DNA of 43,759 nt from Actinomycetes bacterium. GTDB lineage: Bacteria; Actinomycetota; Thermoleophilia; Gaiellales; Gaiellaceae. The notes under the pieces were generated by a model. It worked only from the letters and a program-made list of their open reading frames with translations. It had not been told where the DNA came from and did not search any database. The DNA lies in the NCBI GenBank assembly GCA_023251945.1, contig JAHEXT010000001.1:1-43759 (forward strand). Direction: 5' to 3'. Of this stretch, positions 16,954 through 24,567 are shown piece after piece. The number at the start of each line of letters is the position of its first letter. Position 1 is the stretch's first letter. The position numbers were made by a program, and so were the translations under genes.

Positions 16954-17549
16954 GCCGCCACCTTCGCGGGCACGAGGCCCATCTCCTCGAGCTTGGCGAT
17001 CACCGCCGCTGCGGACTCCTCCGGCTCCACGCCCTCCGTGTCCACGACGATCTCGGGCGCCGGCGGCTCCTCGTAGGGATCGTCCACACCCGTGAACCCC
17101 TTGATCTCGCCCGCGAACGCCTTCGCGTAGAGGCCGTTGACGTCTCGCCGGGCACATTCCTCGACCGACGTCCTGACGTACACCTCGACGAACGGGCCGT
17201 GCTCCTCGACCAGCGCGCGTGCGTTCGCTCGCGCCTGCTCGTACGGGGAGATCGCCGCGACGATGACGGCGCCGCCGTGGCGCGTCACCCGCGAAGCGAC
17301 CCAGCCGAGGCGCTCGATGTGCGCGTCGCGGTCCTCCTTCGAGAAGCCGAGGCCCCTCGAGAGATGTGTCCGCACGGTGTCGCCGTCGAGGTACTCGACG
17401 ACGAGCCCGCGCCGGTCCAGCTCCGGGCCGACGTGATGCGCGATTGTCGTCTTCCCCGAGCCGGAAAGCCCCGTGAACCAGAGGGTGAAGCCGCCGCCGC
17501 GATCGGACTCCGATTCCGGATGCTCATGCGCGTAGATGTGCTGACTCAT
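16950..17549 (-). CDS. cysC: Adenylylsulfate (APS) kinase
   Basis: P-loop WFTGLSGSGKTTIA, LDGDTVR, FTGVDDPYE. Start refined to MSQHIYAH (ATGA overlap with the cysH stop). Confidence 0.9.
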   Translation of the reverse strand: MSQHIYAHEHPESESDRGGGFTLWFTGLSGSGKTTIAHHVGPELDRRGLVVEYLDGDTVRTHLSRGLGFSKEDRDAHIERLGWVASRVTRHGGAVIVAAISPYEQARANARALVEEHGPFVEVYVRTSVEECARRDVNGLYAKAFAGEIKGFTGVDDPYEEPPAPEIVVDTEGVEPEESAAAVIAKLEEMGLVPAKVAA

Positions 17550-18259
17550 GCCGTCCTTTCCAATGTCTTGTCTTCGTGGATGCCGCACTCCAGCTTGTCC
17601 GAGCCTGCCCAGCGCCCGGCCCGCTCCTCCTCGTCGGGGCTCGTGGGACGGGTGCACGGAATGCAGCCGATTGAACGGTAGCCAGCCTCGTGTAGCGGGT
17701 TGTAGGGGATCCCGTTGATCTCGATGTACGACCAAACGCGCTTCTCGTTCCAGTCGGCGAGCGGGTGGATCTTGAAGACCTGGTAGCGCTCCGACCACTG
17801 CAATTTTGGCGTTTTGGCGCGGCTCGGCGACTGGTCGCGGCGGATCCCCGAGATCCATGCGTCGTACGGTGCGAGCGCGCTCACGAGGGGCTCGACCTTG
17901 CGGATGTGGCAGCAGCGGTCGGGATCGCGCTCCCACAGATTCGGGCCCTCGGCGCGGTGCTGCTCGGCGATCGTCGGGATCTCCGGCCGGATCAGCTTCA
18001 GCGCGTAGCGCTCGACGAGGCGGTCGCGCGTCTCGTAGGACTCGCGGAAGAAGAGGTGCGTATCCAGCTCGACGGTGTCCATGCGCAGCCCGAGCTCCGC
18101 GACCATGTGAACGAGCACCGACGACTGCTTCTGCCAGGAGCAGGTGAGGCAGAGCCTCGGCCAGAAGAACCGGTGCGCCCAGGAGATGACCTCCTCGGCG
18201 CTCATGGCCTCGAAGTCGAGGTCAGGTAGCCGGGGAAGGCTCGACGCTCTGACGGCCAA
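17546..18259 (-). CDS. cysH: Assimilatory APS/PAPS reductase, Fe-S (APS-reductase) type
   Basis: RCCHIRKVEPL, SIGCIPCT and C-terminal ECGIH. The Cys-Cys...CxxC set is the [4Fe-4S] signature of APS-specific CysH. An alternative start lies at 18205. Confidence 0.85.
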   Translation of the reverse strand: MAVRASSLPRLPDLDFEAMSAEEVISWAHRFFWPRLCLTCSWQKQSSVLVHMVAELGLRMDTVELDTHLFFRESYETRDRLVERYALKLIRPEIPTIAEQHRAEGPNLWERDPDRCCHIRKVEPLVSALAPYDAWISGIRRDQSPSRAKTPKLQWSERYQVFKIHPLADWNEKRVWSYIEINGIPYNPLHEAGYRSIGCIPCTRPTSPDEEERAGRWAGSDKLECGIHEDKTLERTA

Positions 18260-19025
18260 GGAGCACCTCCTTCAACGTGTCGGCACGCAACCCGAGGCGA
18301 AGGGTCTCGAGCGCGATGACCTCGTCGGGCGGGATGTTCCCGAGGTTGACCTCCGGGCCGAAGTGCTTCACGAACCACGCCTGCGAATCCTTGGTCGGAG
18401 CCTCCCAGATCAGGTCGTGGAAGCTGATCGAGTGCTCGATCTCGTCCACGAGGCCCGTGCGGAGCTCCCCGGTCGGCCGGTAGATGCCCGCGGTGCCGCC
18501 CTCGCGGCCTTCGGCGATCACTTTCCAGGCCCCCGCAGCGAGCTCCTCGGTGATCCACTCGACCCACTGGTAGGGGGCGAAGACAACCTCCGCGTCCTTC
18601 GAGCCGACCTCGGAGAGGACGGCGAAGTCGCGGGCGAAATCGGCGATCAGCTCGAGCTTGCGCTCGCGCGGGATCTCGATCGTGCCGTCCGAGATCTCGA
18701 CGTGGGAGAAGCGGAAGTGCTCGAGCCAGCCCTTGAACTCGTCCACCTTGTCCTGGGCGTACACGGCCTCGAAAAGCGTCCCGCCGCACACGACCGGAGT
18801 CGCGAACGAGCGGTACAGCGCGATCTTCTTCTCCAGGTTGTTCGTAACGTAGCTCGTGCCCCAGCCGAGCTTGACGATGTCCACGTACTCGCCCGCGGTG
18901 TCGAAGAGGCCCTCGATCTCGCGCAGGTTGAGCCCCTTGTCGATGACGTGGGTGAGCCCGCGCGAGCGCGGCTTCCCCTCCCGGACGGGCACGTCGAGGA
19001 AGGAGTTCTGGTCAAAGGCGTGCAT
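18222..19025 (-). CDS. comA: (2R)-phospho-3-sulfolactate synthase
   Basis: Matches the ComA family from end to end as I recall it: RGLTHVIDKGL, DIVKLGWGTS, GGTLFE, VEISDG, VIAEGRE, EAP.K.Q, NLGNIPPDEVIALETLRLGLRADT. Start refined to MHAFDQ. Confidence 0.85.
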   Translation of the reverse strand: MHAFDQNSFLDVPVREGKPRSRGLTHVIDKGLNLREIEGLFDTAGEYVDIVKLGWGTSYVTNNLEKKIALYRSFATPVVCGGTLFEAVYAQDKVDEFKGWLEHFRFSHVEISDGTIEIPRERKLELIADFARDFAVLSEVGSKDAEVVFAPYQWVEWITEELAAGAWKVIAEGREGGTAGIYRPTGELRTGLVDEIEHSISFHDLIWEAPTKDSQAWFVKHFGPEVNLGNIPPDEVIALETLRLGLRADTLKEVLLGRQSVEPSPAT

Positions 19026-19599
19026 AGATGTCCTCCAGCTTCTTTCGGGCCCGCTCCTGAACATCGTGGTAGAGCGAGCTCCCGTGGGCGTCGATGCCGA
19101 CCGTGAGCGGGCCGAAGTCCTTCACGCGGAACTTCCAGAGGCACTCGGGCATGAGCTCCTCCCAGGCGACCTCCTCGATCTCCTCGATCTGGGTCGTCTC
19201 CAGCGCGGCCGCTCCGCCGACGATGGCGAAGTAGACCATCCCGAGACGCCGCATCGGCTCGATCGCCTCGTCCGGGAAGCCGCCCTTGCCGCAGATCGCC
19301 CGGACGCCGTACTTCGAGCCGAGCCCCTCCGTGAAGCGCACCATGCGGGCGCTCGTCGTCGTCCCGATGCAGATCTTCTCGTAGCGGCCCGGCCCGAGCT
19401 TGCGGACCCCGGGCGCGGTGTGGAGGAGGAAGGCGCCGCTGAGATCCATCGGCGGCTCAATCCCCTGGTCGAAGATCCGGATCTGCGTCCGGTCGCGGAT
19501 CCCGATGATGTGTCCCTGAACGACGACCTCGTCGCCCGCGCGCAGCTTCACGATCTCCGCAGGGTCCGTGATCGGGAACGTAACCTCGTGGGTCGCCAT
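19012..19599 (-). CDS. Fe-S type hydro-lyase beta subunit (class I fumarate hydratase/tartrate dehydratase beta, Fumerase_C)
   Basis: 195 aa starting MATHEVTFPI. Segments LHTAPG, IGTTTSARM, ICGKGG. Its ATG overlaps the alpha-subunit stop (TGATG). Confidence 0.85.
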   Translation of the reverse strand: MATHEVTFPITDPAEIVKLRAGDEVVVQGHIIGIRDRTQIRIFDQGIEPPMDLSGAFLLHTAPGVRKLGPGRYEKICIGTTTSARMVRFTEGLGSKYGVRAICGKGGFPDEAIEPMRRLGMVYFAIVGGAAALETTQIEEIEEVAWEELMPECLWKFRVKDFGPLTVGIDAHGSSLYHDVQERARKKLEDIYARL

Positions 19600-20495
19600 C
19601 ACGCGTCTCTCTCGTACTCGACGGTGCCGTCTGCCGCGACGTGAGCCGAGGCGCGGCGCGCAGCCCAGCACTGGTAGTTGACCGCGACCGGGTTCAGGGT
19701 CATGTGCGTGTCGGCGTGCTCGACGTGGACGGAGAGAACCGTGACGTCGCCGCCGAGCCCCATGGGCCCGACGCCGGTCTCGTTCAGGAGCTCGTAGAGC
19801 TCGTCCTCGAGCTGCGCCACCAGCGGATCGGGATTGCGCGTGGCGACCGGCCGTGCGATCGCCTCCTTCGCGAGGTGCATCGCGTAGTCGGCGCTCCCGC
19901 CAATGCCCACTCCGACGATCCCGGGCGGACACGGCTTCCCGCCCGCGCCGACGATCGACTCGAGGACGAACTTCTTGATCCCCGTGACGCCGTCGGCGGG
20001 AACGCACATCTTCAGGAAGCTCATGTTCTCGGAGCCCGAGCCTTTCGGCACGCACTTCACGTCGAGGCCGTCCCAGTCGGGCACGAAGTCCCAGTGGACG
20101 ATCGGGACGCGGAAGCCGACGTTCGGGCCCGTGTTCTCCCGGGTCAGCGTGTGGACCGTGTTCGAGCGCAGCGGGTGCTCGACGGTCGCGCGCTCGGTAC
20201 CCGCCTTCAGCGCTTCGTAGATACGCGCCGGGTGGAGCGGGAAGCCCTCCCCGACGCGGCAGTAGTAGACGGGGATCCCCGTGTCCTGGCAGACGAGGTT
20301 CCGCTCATCCTCCGCCACGTTCACGTTGCGGAGGATGGTCTGGAGAACACGCTGGCCGGTCACCGAGGTCTCCTTCTCTGCTGCGCCGGCGAGAGCGTCC
20401 CTCAAGTCCTGCGGGATGTCCTTCAGTGCCCAGACATAGAGATACGCGGCGGCGTCCTCGACAGAGACGGAGAGATCGGTCGCTATCGTGATCAC
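19599..20495 (-). CDS. Fe-S type hydro-lyase alpha subunit (class I fumarate hydratase/tartrate dehydratase alpha)
   Basis: The three cluster cysteines sit in family context: CQDTGIPVYY, KCVPKGSGSENMS, NYQCW. GTG start refined to 20495 (GTGA overlap with the upstream stop). Confidence 0.85.
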   Translation of the reverse strand: MITIATDLSVSVEDAAAYLYVWALKDIPQDLRDALAGAAEKETSVTGQRVLQTILRNVNVAEDERNLVCQDTGIPVYYCRVGEGFPLHPARIYEALKAGTERATVEHPLRSNTVHTLTRENTGPNVGFRVPIVHWDFVPDWDGLDVKCVPKGSGSENMSFLKMCVPADGVTGIKKFVLESIVGAGGKPCPPGIVGVGIGGSADYAMHLAKEAIARPVATRNPDPLVAQLEDELYELLNETGVGPMGLGGDVTVLSVHVEHADTHMTLNPVAVNYQCWAARRASAHVAADGTVEYERDA

Positions 20496-21742
20496 GTCGT
20501 CGCCCTCTCCGCCGCCGCCTTCCCTGCACGACGGCCGAACACGGTGCACTCCAACAGCGAATTGCCCATCATCCGGTTCCTACCGTGCGTCCCGCCCGCG
20601 ATCTCGCCGCAGGCGAAGACACCCTCGAGCGTCGTCTCCGCACGCTCGTCGATCACGAGCCCGCCGTTCTGGTAGTGGAGGACGGGGTACGTGAAGATCG
20701 GCTCGGCGAGCGGATCGATGCCGGCCCCGCGGTAGCGTCGCAGCATGTAGGGGAGCGAGATCTCGGCGTCCTCAGGGGAGATCCGGACCGTGTCGAGCCG
20801 GACCGCGGGGCGGCCGTCGGGCGTGAGGACGCCCTTCCCCTTGTCCACCTCGTCGAAGATCGCCTGCGAGACGGCGTCGCGCGGCCCGAGCGAGTCCGTG
20901 AACTCCTCGCCGTCGGCGTTGAGGAGCACGGCGCCGTAGGCGCGAGTCGTTTCGGGGATCGAGTAGCCCTGCATCGTGTCCGGCCACGCGCCTCCGTTCG
21001 GGTGGTACTGGAGCGCGTCGAGGTCCCGGGCCTCCGCGCCCGCCTCCAGTGCGATGCGGGTGACCTCGCCCGTCGCGTTCGGATGGTTCGTCGAGAGCTC
21101 GCCGCGTGTCTCCGCCTCCGCGTAGCAGCGCCCGCCGGCCGCCAGTACGATCGCCCGCGCGAAGACCTCGACCGCCTCCTCGTCCTTGCGACGGAACGTC
21201 GCGGTCCAGCCGGACTCCGCCGGGCGGAGCTCGACGAGAGCATGATGCGGGAGCTCCGTTCCCGGACCCGCCTCGTACGCATCGCGGAGCGCCTTCGTGA
21301 TGGCGTGCCCGGTGCGGTCGCCGACCTGGAGCAGTCGCTTCCGGCTCGCTCCGCCGCAGCGCGCGAGCCGATAGCCCCCATTCGACCGCGTGAACTCGAC
21401 GCCGAGCTCTTCCAGCCAGTGAATCGCGGACGGCGCCTCGCTCGTGAGCACCTCCGCGAGGCGCGGGTTGGCCGTGTCGTGCGAGCTCCGCATGACGTCC
21501 TCGGCATGGATCTCGGGCGAGTCGTCGTCGCCGAACGCCGCCTGGATGCCTCCCTGCGCCTTCGCGGAGTTGCACGCCTGCAGGGTCGTCTTCGTCGCCA
21601 GCCCGACCCGGGCTCCGGCCCGCTCGGCGGAGACGGCGGCAGCCAGGCCGGACGCGCCGCTGCCGATGACGAGCACGTCGAAGGAGACGCCCGTGCGCAC
21701 GGGCCGCATGCTAGCGGAATTCCTTATCTCTGTCATCATCAT
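20492..21742 (-). CDS. Short FAD-dependent oxidoreductase of the FrdA/SdhA/NadB flavoprotein family (FAD_binding_2), lacking the C-terminal helical domain
   Basis: DVLVIGSGASGLAAA (GxGxxG), AKAQGGIQA, YHPNG, GVFACGEIAGGTHGRNRMMGNSLLECTVFG. The start may instead be Met-12 (21709), which has an AAGGA upstream. Confidence 0.8.
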   Translation of the reverse strand: MMMTEIRNSASMRPVRTGVSFDVLVIGSGASGLAAAVSAERAGARVGLATKTTLQACNSAKAQGGIQAAFGDDDSPEIHAEDVMRSSHDTANPRLAEVLTSEAPSAIHWLEELGVEFTRSNGGYRLARCGGASRKRLLQVGDRTGHAITKALRDAYEAGPGTELPHHALVELRPAESGWTATFRRKDEEAVEVFARAIVLAAGGRCYAEAETRGELSTNHPNATGEVTRIALEAGAEARDLDALQYHPNGGAWPDTMQGYSIPETTRAYGAVLLNADGEEFTDSLGPRDAVSQAIFDEVDKGKGVLTPDGRPAVRLDTVRISPEDAEISLPYMLRRYRGAGIDPLAEPIFTYPVLHYQNGGLVIDERAETTLEGVFACGEIAGGTHGRNRMMGNSLLECTVFGRRAGKAAAERATT

Positions 21743-21796
21743 TCGTTATTCAAGGTCGCGGAGCGCGGTCGCGCAGGAGCGGCTAGACTCGGCCGC
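21710..21796. promoter_or_regulatory. Divergent promoter region with a locally AT-rich patch
   Basis: GAATTCCTTATCTCTGTCATCATCATTCGTTATTCAAGG stands out against the GC-rich background. It lies between the flavoprotein operon (minus) and the CBS gene (plus). No -10/-35 assignment attempted. Confidence 0.35.
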
Positions 21797-22186
21797 GTGG
21801 CCACTCTCGCCGAGATCGTCAAGCCGAACTTCATCACCGTCGCCCCGGAGGACACTCTCGGCGAAGTTGCGGAGAAGATGAACCAGCAGAACGTCGGCGC
21901 CGTGATCGTGAGGGACTACGGCCGGCTCATCGGGATCCTCACCGAGCGCGACATGCTCCGGGCCATGGCCTCCCGCGTGCACACGAGCGACGCCCGAGTG
22001 CGCCAGTGGATGACGGCCGACCCGATCACCGCGTCACCGGAGATGCCGCTCGACGACGCTGCGCAGGTGATGCTGGACCACGGTTTCCGACACCTTCCCG
22101 TGGTCGACGGCTCGACCGTGCTCGGCGTCGTCAGCCTCCGCCGCGTCCTCGGCGGCCGCCGCCAGCCGGCCCCCGAGGCGGCGTAA
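21797..22186 (+). CDS. Stand-alone CBS-pair (Bateman module) protein
   Basis: 129 aa from the GTG at 21797. Two CBS repeats (ITVAPEDTLGEVAEKMNQQNVGAVIV...GILTERD and ITASPEMPLDDAAQVMLDHGFRHLPVV...GVVSLRR). Confidence 0.8.
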   Translation: MATLAEIVKPNFITVAPEDTLGEVAEKMNQQNVGAVIVRDYGRLIGILTERDMLRAMASRVHTSDARVRQWMTADPITASPEMPLDDAAQVMLDHGFRHLPVVDGSTVLGVVSLRRVLGGRRQPAPEAA

Positions 22187-22239
22187 GAGACGCGCTCCCG
22201 TCGGCGCGGCAGAGCCGACCGGGGTCAGAGGTCGTCACC

Positions 22240-23160
22240 GTGCGCTGGCTCGCCAAAGCCGCACTCCAGAAGGGGCTCAGCGGTCTCCCGGCGGCCGAGA
22301 GCGTCAACTACGTCTTCCAGCGACGGGTCTACCGTTCGCTCCCTGCCTCCGAGGCCGCCTTCAGGCGCAAATTCGGCCGCGCGGTCAGCCATCTCGCTGC
22401 CTACGCCGAGCACGGCCCGAGCCGCGCCGTCGGCGAAGCCGTCTTCTACGAATTCGGAGCCGGCTGGGACCTCGCGATCCAACTCTCGTTCTGGTCGCTC
22501 GGCGTCGACAGGCAGATCCTCGTGGACATACGCCCAAATCTGCGCTACGAGCTCGTGAACGTCTCGATCGAGCGGCTGACCCGGCTCCGAGGCGATCTCG
22601 AAAGGGAGGCTGGAAGGAGGCTCCGGGAGCCTGGGATGTCCAGCGTCGGCTCTGCCGCAGAGCTCGAGGACAGGTTCGGGATCGCCTACCTCGCCCCGTG
22701 TGACGCCCGCGCCACAGGACTCGATGCCGGCTCCGTCGACTTCATCTCGAGCACGAACACGCTCGAGCACATCCCCGCAGACGACCTCGCCCCGATCCTC
22801 GCAGAGTGCCGGCGACTCCTGCGGCCCGACGGCGTGATGAGCTCCCGGATCGACCTTCGCGACCACTTCTGCGACGTCGACGCGCGCCTGTCGCCGTACA
22901 ACTTCCTCCGCTACTCCGACCGGACCTGGAGGCTCGTCAACTCCAAGCTCGGGTACCAGAACCGGCTGCGACGGCCCGATTACCTGAGTGCCTTCGCGGA
23001 GGCGGACCTCTCGATCGTCGCGGAGAACGCGACGCGGCCGGACGAGGGTCTGGGAGCGCTCCGCGCACTCGACCTGGATCCGCGCTTCCGCGCGTATCCG
23101 CTCGACGAGCTGGCCGTGCAGGCGCTCGTCGTCGTCGCGCGCCCGCCGCGCGCGGCGTAG
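22240..23160 (+). CDS. Class I SAM-dependent methyltransferase
   Basis: Motif I-like VFYEFGAGWD, post-I acidic residue, LRPDGVM. GTG start refined to 22240; the upstream part of the track ORF is a Pro/Arg-rich shadow overlapping the CBS gene. Confidence 0.7.
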   Translation: MRWLAKAALQKGLSGLPAAESVNYVFQRRVYRSLPASEAAFRRKFGRAVSHLAAYAEHGPSRAVGEAVFYEFGAGWDLAIQLSFWSLGVDRQILVDIRPNLRYELVNVSIERLTRLRGDLEREAGRRLREPGMSSVGSAAELEDRFGIAYLAPCDARATGLDAGSVDFISSTNTLEHIPADDLAPILAECRRLLRPDGVMSSRIDLRDHFCDVDARLSPYNFLRYSDRTWRLVNSKLGYQNRLRRPDYLSAFAEADLSIVAENATRPDEGLGALRALDLDPRFRAYPLDELAVQALVVVARPPRAA

Positions 23161-23163
23161 CTC

Positions 23164-23565
23164 TCAGCTGCAGGCCGACACGACGCCCTTGACGAGGGCC
23201 GCGGCCGCCGTGCGGGGCGGCACGCCGAGCTTCCGAAGCTGGGACCTGAGCTTGCGCTCGCCTCTGATCTCGCCCGTCGCCCGCTCCTCCGCCGTGCGGG
23301 GAGAGATGCGCGTCACGAGGCACGACGTCCGGTACTTCGTCCCGCTGATCCAGCCGGCCGCGTACAGGTAGCGGAGCACCGGCCTCTTGTACGGAGCGCG
23401 AGCGAAGGCCGCCTTCGCTCCACCGACCGGGACCTTCTGCGCCCGTGCTCCGGAGGTCACGAGCTTGATGGCCGCGGCGTTGGACGTTGGAAGAGCCGCG
23501 AGCTGACCCCCGAGGCTCAACGCGACGAGAGCGACCGCAGCGGTGACGGTGATGTACTCGACCAC
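23164..23565 (-). CDS. Small hypothetical protein with an N-terminal hydrophobic helix
   Basis: 133 aa. N-terminus (M)VEYITVTAAVALVALSLGG; basic C-terminal half. No family recognised. Confidence 0.4.
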   Translation of the reverse strand: MVEYITVTAAVALVALSLGGQLAALPTSNAAAIKLVTSGARAQKVPVGGAKAAFARAPYKRPVLRYLYAAGWISGTKYRTSCLVTRISPRTAEERATGEIRGERKLRSQLRKLGVPPRTAAAALVKGVVSACS

Positions 23566-23607
23566 AGAAACATCGTCCGCCCGGACAGTCGTTCCGTCAA
23601 CCCACAG

Positions 23608-24567
23608 TCACCAGATCGAGCGGAGCAGCTCCTCGGCATCCTCGGCTGTGACCGGCCGCGGATTTGCACGCGCGCCCGGGCGTACCTCCACCTCGGCTGC
23701 GAGGGACGGAAGGTCTTCCTCCGAGACCCCGAAATCGCGGAGACGCTCGAAGCCGCCGAGCCGGGCGAGCTCCACCACCCGCAGCGCTGGATCGTCCGTG
23801 TCGAGCGCCTCGCCGAGCCGCGCTATCGCCTCGGGAACGACGGGCTCGTTGAAGCGGAGCGCCGGCGGGAGGGTCAGGGCGTTCATGGCCCCGTGCGGAA
23901 GGCCGTACCGGCCGCCGAGGACCTGCGCCAGCGCGTGCGCGAGGTACAGGCCGCGGTCGGCGAGCGCCTTGCCTCCGTGCATGGCTCCCTCGAGTAGCCG
24001 AGTTCGCGCCTCCAAGTCGTGCCCGTCCGCGACCACCGCCGGCAGATTGCCTCCGATCAACCGCGCTCCGACGACCGCGTCCTCGCATTCGCCCGCGTAG
24101 AGGGCTTCGGCGCAGTGGGCGAGCGCATTGAGCGCTGTGCCCGCGCTCTCGCCCGGCGGAAGATCCAGCGTCAGGCGCGGCTCGTACACGATCGCGACCG
24201 TCCGGGCACCGGAGCCGCCGCTCTTCACCCGGCGCTCCTCGTCGCGGACGCCGAAGTAGGGCGTCCATTCGGCTCCCGCATACGTGGTCGGCACCACGAC
24301 GAGCGGGAGGCCCGTCGCCGCGGACACCGCCTTGGCCGTGTCGATCGCGCTGCCTCCCCCGAGGCCGACCAGTGAGTCGGCCTCCCGCGATGCAGCTACG
24401 GCCTCCGACACGGTCTCGAGAGGCGAGTGCCGTCTCACCCCTGAGAAGCGCGCGGCGACGGGGAGCTCGAGGTCACGGAATCGCTCGCTCGCCACGAGCA
24501 GCGGGCGCGCGCTCCCGAGCTCGGACAGGAGTCCTCGGAGCTCGCCGAGGCCCCAGCGGACGATCAC
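23608..24567 (-). CDS. Iron-containing alcohol dehydrogenase-family oxidoreductase (maleylacetate reductase-like)
   Basis: GLGGGSAIDTAK; His-rich metal site ALNALAHCAEAL and HALAQVLGGRYGLPHGAMNAL. GTG start at 24567 in a GTGA overlap with the lysR stop. Confidence 0.8.
   Translation of the reverse strand: MIVRWGLGELRGLLSELGSARPLLVASERFRDLELPVAARFSGVRRHSPLETVSEAVAASREADSLVGLGGGSAIDTAKAVSAATGLPLVVVPTTYAGAEWTPYFGVRDEERRVKSGGSGARTVAIVYEPRLTLDLPPGESAGTALNALAHCAEALYAGECEDAVVGARLIGGNLPAVVADGHDLEARTRLLEGAMHGGKALADRGLYLAHALAQVLGGRYGLPHGAMNALTLPPALRFNEPVVPEAIARLGEALDTDDPALRVVELARLGGFERLRDFGVSEEDLPSLAAEVEVRPGARANPRPVTAEDAEELLRSIW

Noticed and set aside
15817-20055. N-terminal extensions of the sat (to 17157), cysC (to 17936) and hydro-lyase beta (to 20055) track ORFs
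   Set aside because: Each extension runs through the upstream gene in another frame, is Arg/Gly-rich, and precedes a start codon placed exactly in a stop-start overlap where the family-conserved N-terminus begins.
19012-20495. Treating the hydro-lyase pair simply as the housekeeping TCA-cycle fumarase
   Set aside because: Not fully rejected, since it cannot be excluded from sequence alone. The double translational coupling to comA on one side and to a fumarate-reductase-like flavoprotein on the other made me report the sulfonate hypothesis as a finding instead.
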